In this document: piece by piece, positions 44,511 through 54,660 of the stretch | Numbering within the stretch: position 1 is the first letter of the stretch | Layout of the letters: the number at the start of each line of letters is the position of its first letter | Sequence record: OR621298 | Length of the DNA stretch: 64,000 bases | Direction: 5' to 3' (one strand) | Source of the DNA: Escherichia phage vB_EcoD-Elw | Program-made: the position numbers and the translations under genes | The notes under the pieces: model-generated | Databases searched by the model: none | Told to the model about the DNA's origin: nothing | The model's input: the letters and a program-made list of their open reading frames with translations, nothing else

Positions 44511-45488
44511 ATGAGAATATTATTTAGTGCTGATCATCATATCAAACTAGGACAAGATAAAGTTCCAAAGGAATGGCAGAAGCGTCGCTTCCTGATGCTA
44601 GGAGAACGGTTAAATGATATATTCCATAATCATAACTGTGATCTTCATATTGCTGGTGGTGATATACTTGATGTTGCCGACCCGTCGTCAGAAGAAATAG
44701 AACTGCTTGAACAGTTCATGTCAAGACTTGACCATCCAGGCAAAATCTTTACTGGAAATCATGAAATGTTAACTAAAACCATTTCATGTCTATATCATTA
44801 TGCGGGGGTTATTAATAAAGTAACGAGTGGTAAGTGGGAAGTAATTACCAAACCATATCGTTCCCCTGAATTTGATATTGTTCCATATGATGAGATCCAT
44901 AAATCCAAATGGAAACCATCTGAATCAAAACTATGTTTCACACATGTTCGTGGTGAAATCCCTCCACATGTAAAACCAGAAATTGATCTAACTAAGTACA
45001 ACTGTTATGATACTGTAATTGCTGGCGATTTACATTCTTATACTAATAGCCAGACTATCGGATCTACTAGACTTCTCTACCCAGGATCCCCATTAACTAC
45101 ATCGTTCCATAGAGAACGCACAAAAGGTACAAATGGTTGCTTTATCATTGATACCGACACATTAAAAGTAGAATGGATTGAACTAGGTGATTTACCACAA
45201 CTGATTCGTAAAACAATCGGAGCTGGTGAAGAGATGGAACCTAGTGATTATGATCGTGTAGTCTATGAAGTTACTGGTGACGTTGTTCAATTAAAGTCTA
45301 TCAAAGACTCTGATTTATTAGATAAGAAGATTAATCATCGAGTCACTAAAGACGCTAAGTTAAATCTTGTTGATCTTGATATGTTAGGTGAACTTGAACT
45401 TTACTTCCGTGAAGTCGAGAAGCTATCTCAAGGCGACATTGATAGAATCTTGGCTAGAGCTGCGAAATATGTCAAAGATTACAATTAA
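44511..45488 (+). CDS. SbcD/Mre11-like nuclease (T5 D12-like)
   Basis: 325 aa; metallophosphatase motifs ILFSADHH, GDILD, GNHEM, AGDLHS. Confidence 0.8.
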   Translation: MRILFSADHHIKLGQDKVPKEWQKRRFLMLGERLNDIFHNHNCDLHIAGGDILDVADPSSEEIELLEQFMSRLDHPGKIFTGNHEMLTKTISCLYHYAGVINKVTSGKWEVITKPYRSPEFDIVPYDEIHKSKWKPSESKLCFTHVRGEIPPHVKPEIDLTKYNCYDTVIAGDLHSYTNSQTIGSTRLLYPGSPLTTSFHRERTKGTNGCFIIDTDTLKVEWIELGDLPQLIRKTIGAGEEMEPSDYDRVVYEVTGDVVQLKSIKDSDLLDKKINHRVTKDAKLNLVDLDMLGELELYFREVEKLSQGDIDRILARAAKYVKDYN

Positions 45489-47307
45489 GACACTAAAATT
45501 TAGTAACGTTATGTCTTATGGTAAGGACATCGTAATTCATTTCGATAAGAATCCAGTTACTCAACTAATTGGTGGCAATGGACTAGGGAAATCCACCATC
45601 GCTACGGTTATTGAAGAACTATTTTATAATAAGAACTCACGCGGCATTAAGAAGGATGCTCTGTTCTCTTGGTCTTCTCCGAAGAAAGAGTATGATATGC
45701 ACGCTTACTTCTCGAAAGATGAAGATGAGTACGAACTGCATAAAGTAGTTAAGTCAACTGCTAAAGTAACCCTTATTAAGAATGGAGAAGATATTAGTGG
45801 ACACACGGCAACCCAAACATACAAGATGATTGAAGAAATTATGGGTGGTGACTTCCAAACATTCACCAAACTGATTTATCAATCGGTGGGTTCCAATCTA
45901 GATTTTCTAAAAGCAACGGATGCAACACGTAAGGCTTTTCTGGTTAACTTGTTCAATCAAGAACAGTATAAAGAAATGTCAGAAACTATTAAGGCTGACC
46001 GTAAAGAAATAGCAAATACCTTAAATAATTTGCAGGGCCAGATGGCTGTAATTACGAAAATCCTTAATGGGAAAAATAATCTAGGTACTTTGCAGGAACC
46101 TGTAGAAGTACCGGAGTTTGATGAAGAGCCATTAGCACAAGAACTTACTGAATCGAAAATTAAGGCGGCATTAGCCAAGTCTCAAGAGGCTAATATTACT
46201 AAATTGCGTAATTTGGACAAAGCTGTACAAGTTGCTGAACAATCTTTCGAGCCTTTCAAAAATTTACCCGCGCCCACTGACCAAAATGAAGAGATCTCAA
46301 GTGTTACGCGTGACCTAACGATTGTGACCTCACGTGCGGGCGAAGTTAAGAAACGTTATCAGAAGTTCAAGCAAGAGGCTTCAAATACTGAATGTCCTAC
46401 CTGTGGTACTCATCTGGATACAACTGCTGCGCAAAAAGCAATGGATATGGCTAGAATAGAATATGACCCTCTGTTCAAAGAGAAGCAATCTCTTGAAGCT
46501 AAGCTAGAACAGTTGAAGAAAGAACAACTTGAGTACGTTGCATATACTAGAGCAAAGGATGCTTTGGATAAGGCAGTAGCAGCTAGAGACGAATTCAAAA
46601 ATTCAATGAGTGATACTTCTTTTGAAGAACTCAATGTGCAAAACCTACAGGTGCAAATCCGACAATTAGAACAGGAAATAGCTGATGGCCGTTCTAAGGT
46701 TGCAATTGCCAAAGAGCATAATGCAAATGTTGAATTAGCCAATGCAAAATATAAAGCGAAACTAGAACAGATTGAGAAAGCTGAGGCAGAAATGTCTGAG
46801 ATTACTTCTAAACTGGATGAGGTATCAGAAGCTGTTGCTGATCTCGATATTCTGATCGCTGCATTAAAGAATCTAGTAGGATATAAACTAGAGCATAGTG
46901 TGAAAGTATTTGAAGAGCTTATCAATAAATATCTTTCCATTATGACTGGCGGTAAGTTCGCACTTGGATTTGAACTTGATGAAACAAAATTACAAGTAGT
47001 AATTTTCAATGATGGAAACCGTACCAGTATGGAGAACTGCTCTACTGGTCAGCAAAGTCGAATCAACCTAGCAACCCTGTTAGCTATTCGAATGCTACTA
47101 ACATCTATTAGTAAAGTTAATATTAATCTTCTATTCCTTGATGAAGTAATTAGCTTTATTGATACTAAAGGACTTGACACTCTTGTTGAACTATTAAATG
47201 AGGAAGAAAGTCTAAACTCTATCATTGTTTCTCATGGGCATACGCATCCTTTAGCTCATAAGATTACTGTCAAAAAAGATGCAGAAGGATTTTCCTACTT
47301 AGAATAA
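45469..47307 (+). CDS. SbcC/Rad50-like ATPase (T5 D13-like)
   Basis: Start placed at ATG 45469; Walker A GGNGLGKST, long coiled coil with zinc hook CPTCG, signature and Walker B LLFLDEVISFID. Confidence 0.8.
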   Translation: MSKITIKTLKFSNVMSYGKDIVIHFDKNPVTQLIGGNGLGKSTIATVIEELFYNKNSRGIKKDALFSWSSPKKEYDMHAYFSKDEDEYELHKVVKSTAKVTLIKNGEDISGHTATQTYKMIEEIMGGDFQTFTKLIYQSVGSNLDFLKATDATRKAFLVNLFNQEQYKEMSETIKADRKEIANTLNNLQGQMAVITKILNGKNNLGTLQEPVEVPEFDEEPLAQELTESKIKAALAKSQEANITKLRNLDKAVQVAEQSFEPFKNLPAPTDQNEEISSVTRDLTIVTSRAGEVKKRYQKFKQEASNTECPTCGTHLDTTAAQKAMDMARIEYDPLFKEKQSLEAKLEQLKKEQLEYVAYTRAKDALDKAVAARDEFKNSMSDTSFEELNVQNLQVQIRQLEQEIADGRSKVAIAKEHNANVELANAKYKAKLEQIEKAEAEMSEITSKLDEVSEAVADLDILIAALKNLVGYKLEHSVKVFEELINKYLSIMTGGKFALGFELDETKLQVVIFNDGNRTSMENCSTGQQSRINLATLLAIRMLLTSISKVNINLLFLDEVISFIDTKGLDTLVELLNEEESLNSIIVSHGHTHPLAHKITVKKDAEGFSYLE

Positions 47308-47310
47308 AAC

Positions 47311-47793
47311 ATGGCTGTAGATAGTAGAGAGAAGGGTAAACGTGGAGAATATCAAGTAAGAGATATTTTACGCGAACGTACAGGTCTTGAGTGGGAACGT
47401 GTTCCAGGCTCTGGTGCTTTTGGCCAGAGCCATGGACTGAAGGGCGACATCTACCTTCCACCACAAAGCGGACACATTAGTAAATACTGCTTCGAGGTTA
47501 AGTGGTATAAAGATGATAATATATCAAGTAATTTATTTAATGTTGGTGAATCCACTCTAGAGAAGTGGTGGCAGCAGTGCTCACGTGAAGGTGAGCAGAT
47601 GAACTCCAAGCCTGCATTAATATTCAAAAAAGACAGAGGACAGTGGTTAATAGCTTTGGATAGCTCAGACCCGATGGTTGACAACTTAATGAGTCGTACC
47701 CATATGGTGTTAAATAAGAAAGACATGGAAATCGTAATTGGTTTATTTGAGCCGTGGCTACATCATGCATCTGTTGAGGACTTAATTAAATAA
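47311..47793 (+). CDS. PD-(D/E)xK nuclease, Holliday-junction-resolvase-like (T5 D14-like)
   Basis: 160 aa; GEYQV, GDIYL and FEVKW resemble the E...D...ExK catalytic arrangement. Confidence 0.6.
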   Translation: MAVDSREKGKRGEYQVRDILRERTGLEWERVPGSGAFGQSHGLKGDIYLPPQSGHISKYCFEVKWYKDDNISSNLFNVGESTLEKWWQQCSREGEQMNSKPALIFKKDRGQWLIALDSSDPMVDNLMSRTHMVLNKKDMEIVIGLFEPWLHHASVEDLIK

Positions 47794-48668
47794 TGAGTAA
47801 ATCCTGGGGAAAATTTATTGAAGAAGAGGAAGCTGAAATGGCTTCCCGTCGTAACCTAATGATTGTCGATGGAACTAACTTAGGCTTTCGCTTCAAACAT
47901 AATAATAGTAAAAAACCATTTGCCTCAAGTTATGTTTCCACTATTCAATCTCTTGCAAAATCTTATTCTGCTAGAACTACAATAGTTTTAGGAGATAAGG
48001 GGAAGTCTGTATTCCGCTTAGAACATCTCCCCGAGTATAAAGGGAACCGAGATGAGAAATACTCGCAGCGTACGGAAGAGGAGAAAGCGCTAGATGAGCA
48101 GTTCTTCGAGTATTTGAGAGATGCTTTCGAATTATGTGAAACTACATTCCCAACTTTCACCATTCGTGGTGTAGAAGCAGATGATATGGCGGCTTATATT
48201 GTTAAACTCATTGGGCATCTATATGATCATGTTTGGTTAATCTCTACAGACGGTGACTGGGATACTTTACTAACAGATAAAGTTTCTCGCTTCTCTTTCA
48301 CAACACGTCGTGAATATCATCTTCGTGATATGTATGAGCATCATAATGTTGACGATGTAGAGCAGTTCATCTCTCTAAAGGCAATTATGGGTGATTTAGG
48401 GGATAATATCCGAGGTGTTGAAGGTATTGGGGCAAAACGCGGATATAATATTATTCGTGAATTTGGTAACGTTCTGGATATTATTGATCAGCTTCCACTG
48501 CCTGGAAAACAGAAATATATACAGAATTTAAATGCTTCGGAAGAATTGCTTTATCGAAACCTAATTCTGGTTGATTTACCTACCTACTGTGTGGATGCTA
48601 TTGCTGCTGTAGGTCAAGACGTATTAGATAAGTTTACAAAAGATATTTTGGAGATTGCAGAACAATGA
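47793..48668 (+). CDS. 5'-3' flap endonuclease (T5 D15-like)
   Basis: 291 aa; N-terminal NLMIVDGTNLGFRF and acidic clusters typical of the FEN/5'-nuclease family. Confidence 0.9.
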   Translation: MSKSWGKFIEEEEAEMASRRNLMIVDGTNLGFRFKHNNSKKPFASSYVSTIQSLAKSYSARTTIVLGDKGKSVFRLEHLPEYKGNRDEKYSQRTEEEKALDEQFFEYLRDAFELCETTFPTFTIRGVEADDMAAYIVKLIGHLYDHVWLISTDGDWDTLLTDKVSRFSFTTRREYHLRDMYEHHNVDDVEQFISLKAIMGDLGDNIRGVEGIGAKRGYNIIREFGNVLDIIDQLPLPGKQKYIQNLNASEELLYRNLILVDLPTYCVDAIAAVGQDVLDKFTKDILEIAEQ

Positions 48669-49111
48669 TTAAAATTAAATTAACTCATCCAGATTGTATG
48701 CCTAAGATCGGTTCCGAAGATGCCGCAGGTATGGATCTGCGAGCATTCTTTGGTACTAACCCTGCTGCAGATTTACGTGCTATTGCACCAGGCAAATCCT
48801 TAATGATTGACACCGGTGTCGCGGTGGAAATTCCGCGAGGCTGGTTCGGTTTGGTAGTTCCACGTAGTTCTTTAGGTAAACGCCATCTGATGATTGCAAA
48901 TACCGCAGGGGTGATCGACTCAGACTATCGTGGGACTATTAAGATGAACCTGTTCAACTACGGTTCTGAAATTCAAACTCTGGAGAATTTTGAAAGACTT
49001 TGTCAGCTAGTAGTAGTACCACACTACTCAACTCATAATTTTGAAATCGTTGACGAATTAGGGGAGACTGATCGTGGGGAAGGCGGATTTGGAAGTTCGG
49101 GAAGCAAATAA
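48665..49111 (+). CDS. dut: dUTPase
   Basis: 148 aa; AAGMDLRA, IANTAGVIDSDYRG and C-terminal GGFGSSG motifs. Confidence 0.9.
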   Translation: MIKIKLTHPDCMPKIGSEDAAGMDLRAFFGTNPAADLRAIAPGKSLMIDTGVAVEIPRGWFGLVVPRSSLGKRHLMIANTAGVIDSDYRGTIKMNLFNYGSEIQTLENFERLCQLVVVPHYSTHNFEIVDELGETDRGEGGFGSSGSK

Positions 49112-49337
49112 TTTTACTGATCCTAATATGATCGGTGTTGATACTAGTATGTCAACTTATCAGATTAAAACTGCTGAACCAGAAACGTTGGTGCTAAAAA
49201 CAGATAAAGAAGGTAATGTTACTTTCTGGGACCCTGAAGGTTTTGTAGAGCTTTGTACTAATACGGATAATGAGCAGTTAAAATTACTACTAACTATTTA
49301 TAATCTTGGTGTTATAGAAGGTTGTAGAAGCAAGTAA
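49074..49337 (+). CDS. hypothetical protein (87 aa)
   Basis: GTG start with AGGGGAGA RBS overlapping the dUTPase 3' end; last plus-strand ORF before the bidirectional terminator. Confidence 0.4.
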   Translation: MGKADLEVREANNFTDPNMIGVDTSMSTYQIKTAEPETLVLKTDKEGNVTFWDPEGFVELCTNTDNEQLKLLLTIYNLGVIEGCRSK

Positions 49338-49338
49338 T

Positions 49339-49377
49339 AGAAAAACCCCGGTGGACAAAATCCACCGGGGTTTCTTT
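49339..49377. terminator. bidirectional rho-independent terminator between the convergent replication and tail operons
   Basis: Stem CCCCGGTGGA/TCCACCGGGG with A-run on one side and U-run on the other. Confidence 0.75.
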
Positions 49378-49393
49378 GTACTATGTATATGTA

Positions 49394-52162
49394 CTATGAG
49401 TTATCTGGCTTAATAAGCTCGCTAACAAGTTTCTTCAGTTCGGTTAATTCTTGCTCAAGTTTGTTAACTTTATCAGCTTGATAACGAAATGCGCAAGCTA
49501 GATCTGCCATAATGACGTTGTTATCAAGCGCTAATGTGTCATCCGCTTTGTCAACAACAATTTGACGATCTACATACTCTTCACCCTCATCGTTAACACC
49601 TATAACATCTGCAAAGATGTCCCCGCCAGGAATTAATTTTACATATTCCGGATCTATTTTTAGCAGGTCTTGGGCTATTAAGCCGAACCGCTGAATGTCG
49701 CTGCCGTTGTATTTAAACATTGTTGGCAGCCACTGCATAACTCGGTCATAGCTTTCTTTTCCGTCCGTATAGATGATATCATGTTTTAAGTCTCTGTCAG
49801 AGGAAGCAGCCTTTTGAAAAACGTAGTTACCAGTGGAGGACCATGTTGTTATATCATTTGACGCTGGTTGAAACTGGAAGTTGCAGAAAAACTCACCATC
49901 GCCACGAAGCCTTAACGAGCAAAAAGGCCAATTATTATTACCTTGTGCAATAAGACCCCATGTTGCGCGAAGTGGATATCCACCAGTGGATTGTGTACCC
50001 CATGAAAGGCCAGGTGCCCATCCACCATCATTGTTAGGAATAATCTCGCCCCAAACAAGAGCATTACCCCAATAGTTAGGATCATCCCATCCCATTTGTT
50101 TGGTTTTGCCAGTGTATTGAGCAGAATGCGTTCTGCCGTCAGGGTAAAACTTGTGCATATAGGACTGTATCCCTGCTTGATACAACTCTATTCCAAAAGA
50201 TTCAACGTGTGTGTCGCCTCTTCTGATTAAACCAGCGATAGCGTAATCGTCATACCAGTTGTAACGACTTACACCAGTCCATGTGTTTATTGGTGGATTC
50301 ATGATTGAAAATAGTTGTGACGCATTGCGTTCATTCCCATCTGCATAAATACCAGCCCCAGGAGCTAAGGAAATACTTTTCGCTCCTGAAAAAGTACCAT
50401 TTTCATTAAACTGATAATACTGTGATGCCCCATTATGAAATACGCCTATTGTATGCTTTCCTACGCCTACTTGAGTCTCAAAATAAGACTGAGAAGAACC
50501 AATATCTTCGCCTTGTGTATTCTTTAATTTTGAATGATATATACCTGCATTTGCAGTAGTTGCATTTTCCGTTTCGTTTTCAACATTAAGACTTAGGAAC
50601 TTTGGTGCATGTTTCTCACCAAGCCCTATATTATTTCTGATACCATTCGCATCCTTAGCACCTGTACCACCAAATTGAATACCTAGTGGTATCCATTGAT
50701 TGGTTGTAGCATCATAAACGCCCCAATGATCCCCCTCATCTGGAATGGTTAGATACTTGTTTTTATTTGGAGAATATAAAACTGTTTCCCCAGAATTCTG
50801 AAACAGCCTATCAACTCCTAAATTATATCTAGCACCTTCAGGAGTATCTGCTCCTGTACCACCAGCCGCAGTTGATAATGGAAGAGTTTCCCATGATATT
50901 CCGTCACCTTTTGTATCTCTCTGAAGTACAATAAGACCATCATCTCTAATAACAAATCTATATAATCTATTATGTGAGTATAGAAAAGTATGAACCCCAT
51001 CTTGTACAAGTGAGTCTATAAGGAGTGTCTGACGAGAAGCATTGATATTTGACAGATCTGAGAGATTATTTTCTTTTAGTAACGATTTACTAATGATACC
51101 TTCAGCTTTTCCAGCAGCCACTTCTGCGCGTCCGGCATCTGTAAATGCACTTTGTGCGCTACCAGCAGCATTGCCAGCTTGTTGTCCTGCTTCGATAGCG
51201 CTATTACTTGCTTGTGCAGCTGAAGCAGCAGCAGCATCTTTTAGCACTGTAGTTTCTGTTACTGCGCTATCTTTAATACTCTGTGTATCTATTTTTAATT
51301 GCTCAACATCAGATTTTAAAGCCGTTGTTTCACTTATAGTGCTGTCTTTAATTAGTTGAGTATCTGTTTTTAATTGCTCAACATCTGATTTTAAGCCTTG
51401 AATAGTAGTTACTGATTGGCTAGCTGAGGCTGCGGAATGGGCTGCATTAGTCTCACTAGTTTTTGCATTAGTCTCACTAGTTTTAGCATTTGTTTCACTA
51501 GTTTTAGCATTTGTTTCCGAGGTTTTTGCAGCAGATGCTGATGCGCCGGCTTGTGCAGAGAATATCTCCGCCTCATCTCTATAACCTTTAGAATCCGAAG
51601 CAGAAGCAGCAGCATTAGTTTCACTAGATTTTGCCTTATCTTCACTAGCTTTTGCTGCAATAGCAGAAGCAGCAGCATTAGTTTCACTAGATTTTGCCTT
51701 ATCTTCACTAGCTTTTGCATTAGTCTCACTAGTTTTTGCATTAGTCTCACTAGTTTTAGCATTTGTTTCACTAGCCTTTGCCTTATCTTCACTAGTTTTT
51801 GCGTTAGTTTCTGATACTTTAGCTGCTGCGGCTGATTCTGCAGATCTATCAGCTGATGCAGCAGATTGAGTAGCAGATGTAGCGGACTGAGCGGCAGAGG
51901 CTTCAGAAGCTCCAGCAGAAATAGCAGCTTCCTGTTCAGAGTTCTTAGCGTTAAGCTCCGAGGTTTTAGCCGCTATCTCAGAATCTTTTGCAGCAGCAGC
52001 AGACTTAGCTGCTGCCTCAATAGAAGATACTAATTCACTTGCAGTAATAGAGCTAATAGAATTACCTAGAGTTACTGTATATCTAGGAAACTTACTAGCA
52101 GTAGCTTTAGTATCATCAATATTTAATATTTGTTGTACAATAATTTTAGTAGTTACTGCCAT
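49394..52162 (-). CDS. L-shaped tail fibre protein with C-terminal intramolecular chaperone domain
   Basis: 922 aa; Ala/Ser-rich coiled region with KTSETNA heptad repeats; C-terminal peptidase-S74-like region (DRDLKHDIIYTDGKESYDRVMQWLP...GLIAQDLLKIDPEYV). Confidence 0.8.
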   Translation of the reverse strand: MAVTTKIIVQQILNIDDTKATASKFPRYTVTLGNSISSITASELVSSIEAAAKSAAAAKDSEIAAKTSELNAKNSEQEAAISAGASEASAAQSATSATQSAASADRSAESAAAAKVSETNAKTSEDKAKASETNAKTSETNAKTSETNAKASEDKAKSSETNAAASAIAAKASEDKAKSSETNAAASASDSKGYRDEAEIFSAQAGASASAAKTSETNAKTSETNAKTSETNAKTSETNAAHSAASASQSVTTIQGLKSDVEQLKTDTQLIKDSTISETTALKSDVEQLKIDTQSIKDSAVTETTVLKDAAAASAAQASNSAIEAGQQAGNAAGSAQSAFTDAGRAEVAAGKAEGIISKSLLKENNLSDLSNINASRQTLLIDSLVQDGVHTFLYSHNRLYRFVIRDDGLIVLQRDTKGDGISWETLPLSTAAGGTGADTPEGARYNLGVDRLFQNSGETVLYSPNKNKYLTIPDEGDHWGVYDATTNQWIPLGIQFGGTGAKDANGIRNNIGLGEKHAPKFLSLNVENETENATTANAGIYHSKLKNTQGEDIGSSQSYFETQVGVGKHTIGVFHNGASQYYQFNENGTFSGAKSISLAPGAGIYADGNERNASQLFSIMNPPINTWTGVSRYNWYDDYAIAGLIRRGDTHVESFGIELYQAGIQSYMHKFYPDGRTHSAQYTGKTKQMGWDDPNYWGNALVWGEIIPNNDGGWAPGLSWGTQSTGGYPLRATWGLIAQGNNNWPFCSLRLRGDGEFFCNFQFQPASNDITTWSSTGNYVFQKAASSDRDLKHDIIYTDGKESYDRVMQWLPTMFKYNGSDIQRFGLIAQDLLKIDPEYVKLIPGGDIFADVIGVNDEGEEYVDRQIVVDKADDTLALDNNVIMADLACAFRYQADKVNKLEQELTELKKLVSELIKPDNS
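51445..51810 (-). repeat. tandem 21-bp repeats inside the tail-fibre gene
   Basis: Repeated units such as GCATTAGTCTCACTAGTTTTT / GCATTTGTTTCACTAGTTTTA encoding (KTSETNA)n; boundaries approximate. Confidence 0.7.
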
Positions 52163-52584
52163 TATTTAGTTACCCCATCACTGATAAATACTTTACCCTC
52201 CATTATACGAAAGGAGCTAATTGCAGATCCTATAACATCTCTAGTCATAATTATATCATAGTATCCTGCGAATCGCTGACGAGGGTTATATTTATCTCTA
52301 TCTTTAGATGCTTTAGCCCCTATATTTTCCACAGATTCTACTGGCAAACTTATAGCTACAGCCCCTTGAGCAGCATCAATAATTTTAGTAGTAAAAGATG
52401 CCAATATCTCCGCATTCTCATCTAGACTATTTTTTACAGTACCTCTTAGAGAATATCCAGTTAAGTTAACTGGGGTATCTGTAGACGGGTAAGTACTATC
52501 ATCAACGTCTAAAAACTGCATCATTAAACCATATGGTACATTTTCGTCTATTACTAAGTCTATAACTCTATTTTCAGTACTCAT
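52162..52584 (-). CDS. tail collar protein (T5 p132-like)
   Basis: 140 aa; size and position between the pb4-like and tail-fibre genes. Confidence 0.6.
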   Translation of the reverse strand: MSTENRVIDLVIDENVPYGLMMQFLDVDDSTYPSTDTPVNLTGYSLRGTVKNSLDENAEILASFTTKIIDAAQGAVAISLPVESVENIGAKASKDRDKYNPRQRFAGYYDIIMTRDVIGSAISSFRIMEGKVFISDGVTK

Positions 52585-52587
52585 TAT

Positions 52588-54660
52588 TTACCTTATATGA
52601 ATATACCCGTTTTGCAGGTCTATCTTCATTCTGTAATAGGCTTCCGGATTATCAGATAATGCAGCGTTTCTATCATAAATAACGTTAACACCGATCTGAG
52701 ATAAGAAGGCATTATTTGCTACAATCTTACTGGCAGTTACCGTACCGTTAACTATCATATCACCATGCAGTACCATTGCTGGATTAATCCAACCGGAACC
52801 ATTCCATTGACGAGTAAACGCAGATTGCGGAGCATTACTATTAAACTCAGTCAATACGTCATATCTAACTGGTGGGCTACCAAAGTTATTCTGGAAGAAG
52901 GTATTAGCTTGCCCATCATCCCAACCACCAAGACCTGGAATACCTAAGGAATACATGCCAGGACCTCTTTGCCCATCTGCACCGATAGTACCTTCAGTAC
53001 CACTCCATTGAACTACATCAGACCAGCTAGTACCCGCAAGTAGCTTATTAGTTACTGGATCAAGCGTGCCTGTAGTCACATAGATATTTTGAGTCATATC
53101 TGTGCGATTAGGTGGGGTTTTAGACCAACCAGGAGGTGGATAATCTTGTTCTAGTGGTTTTGCTGGAAGTGCAGTTGCTAGCTTATAAACAAATACTGTT
53201 TGCTTGCCCTGTATACCTGTTTGGATATCTACATCGCCATTTGGTGTTCCAATTACTACACCACTAGAAATACGCAGAGTAGTACCATCATAACGAATCC
53301 ATTGTGTAGCGTTACCAATGTCTAATTTAGCTTTGGCAGAGGTATTATCCATACCCATCCAAATACCAGAGTTATTATCACCCCAAGATTTACCTTGAGT
53401 GTAAATTGCTGGGTTATCCTTACCAGATAAGTTGGTCATTATAAAATTCGCAGCGTTAATATCTCTAGTAATTACTTTACCATCAACGTTAACAACACGG
53501 TTTATAGGATCAAAAGAAATAGGTGCTTTTCCCTCTTCATCTAGCAGACCAATGTTAATAGCCCCAGTAGCTGCGTCGATTAAGAATGTCTGTCTCCATA
53601 TTTCTCCATCTTTCATGCTGCCCTTAATAAAGGCATAGTTAACATCAATACCCGTCTCATTGACAAAGCTGTTGTCTAGAGGGGTATCTTCATTTAATAT
53701 AAATGTTACAGGAGCTGATTCTGTTATATCTTGTTTATTTGGTCCCCAGGCAATTGACGAAACCTTAAAGGTATGTTCAACTTTCCACGGGAATGATATA
53801 ATCGTTGCAGCTCTAGCAGCACCAACGTTTATCTTTTGAGCTTTAGTCCAGCCAGTCTTAGCGTATTCTTCAGAATTTATATAAGTAACCAAGAACTCAC
53901 GAACATTAGCACCAGCTCCGCGTTCCCAATCCCACTCAATTCTAACATCATAGCGTTCTTTACCATCAGCAATTCGTGCAGCTTTAAAAACAATATTGAT
54001 AGGTGCAGTAGGAGGAACAAAATTATAAGCTACTGTTAAAATATTAGGGAATTCATAGTACCCAGAGGAATCAACTGTAACACCATCAGGCATAGTTACT
54101 TGACCGGATATTCTGATCTTATAATCTCCGATAGGAACTCCACCAAATTTAATAGTAGAACCTAAAGCCCCCATGTAATACTTAGTCCAAGGACTGTCTT
54201 CAGTAGCTGTACTTTTTAACTCAATAGTACAATAGCTCGCTTCACCAGTTGTTTCTACGACAACTATCGGTGCACCTACCCCAACATCCACAGGTTCTGA
54301 TTCAGATCTTGCTGCAACAATTGTTGGCTTCTCTTTTGTCTTAAAGTTGGTTTCATTAGATAGATTGATACCAATTTTAGCCTCTAGTAATTCAGAATCT
54401 ATAATAGAATCATAAAAAGCCCCTTGAATCTCGTAAGAGGTTGAAGGGGTTAGATTATTAATCATTACGAAAAAAGTATCTATACCGGTATAATCACGTC
54501 TATCTATACTTTCTCCCCTCTTTAACCAAAAAGATCTACCAATAACATCATAGTCAGTATATATAGAGTGCTGGACATACGCCATTGTATATCCAGTCAT
54601 TATACTATTTAAGACCATTTTGGCTGGTGCATTATTCGAAATCATTAAATGGATGCCCAC
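52588..54660 (-). CDS. baseplate / tail-tip protein (T5 pb4-like)
   Basis: 690 aa; position downstream of the pb3-like gene. Confidence 0.65.
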   Translation of the reverse strand: MGIHLMISNNAPAKMVLNSIMTGYTMAYVQHSIYTDYDVIGRSFWLKRGESIDRRDYTGIDTFFVMINNLTPSTSYEIQGAFYDSIIDSELLEAKIGINLSNETNFKTKEKPTIVAARSESEPVDVGVGAPIVVVETTGEASYCTIELKSTATEDSPWTKYYMGALGSTIKFGGVPIGDYKIRISGQVTMPDGVTVDSSGYYEFPNILTVAYNFVPPTAPINIVFKAARIADGKERYDVRIEWDWERGAGANVREFLVTYINSEEYAKTGWTKAQKINVGAARAATIISFPWKVEHTFKVSSIAWGPNKQDITESAPVTFILNEDTPLDNSFVNETGIDVNYAFIKGSMKDGEIWRQTFLIDAATGAINIGLLDEEGKAPISFDPINRVVNVDGKVITRDINAANFIMTNLSGKDNPAIYTQGKSWGDNNSGIWMGMDNTSAKAKLDIGNATQWIRYDGTTLRISSGVVIGTPNGDVDIQTGIQGKQTVFVYKLATALPAKPLEQDYPPPGWSKTPPNRTDMTQNIYVTTGTLDPVTNKLLAGTSWSDVVQWSGTEGTIGADGQRGPGMYSLGIPGLGGWDDGQANTFFQNNFGSPPVRYDVLTEFNSNAPQSAFTRQWNGSGWINPAMVLHGDMIVNGTVTASKIVANNAFLSQIGVNVIYDRNAALSDNPEAYYRMKIDLQNGYIHIR

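Noticed and set aside
46410-47009. Minus-strand 199-aa ORF inside the SbcC-like gene
   Set aside because: Antisense to a gene with Walker and zinc-hook motifs; Ser/Cys-rich low-complexity translation typical of antisense frames.
51042-51814. ORFs within or antisense to the tail-fibre repeat region
   Set aside because: Products of the 21-bp repeat periodicity read in other frames; the fibre gene itself is supported by its C-terminal chaperone domain.
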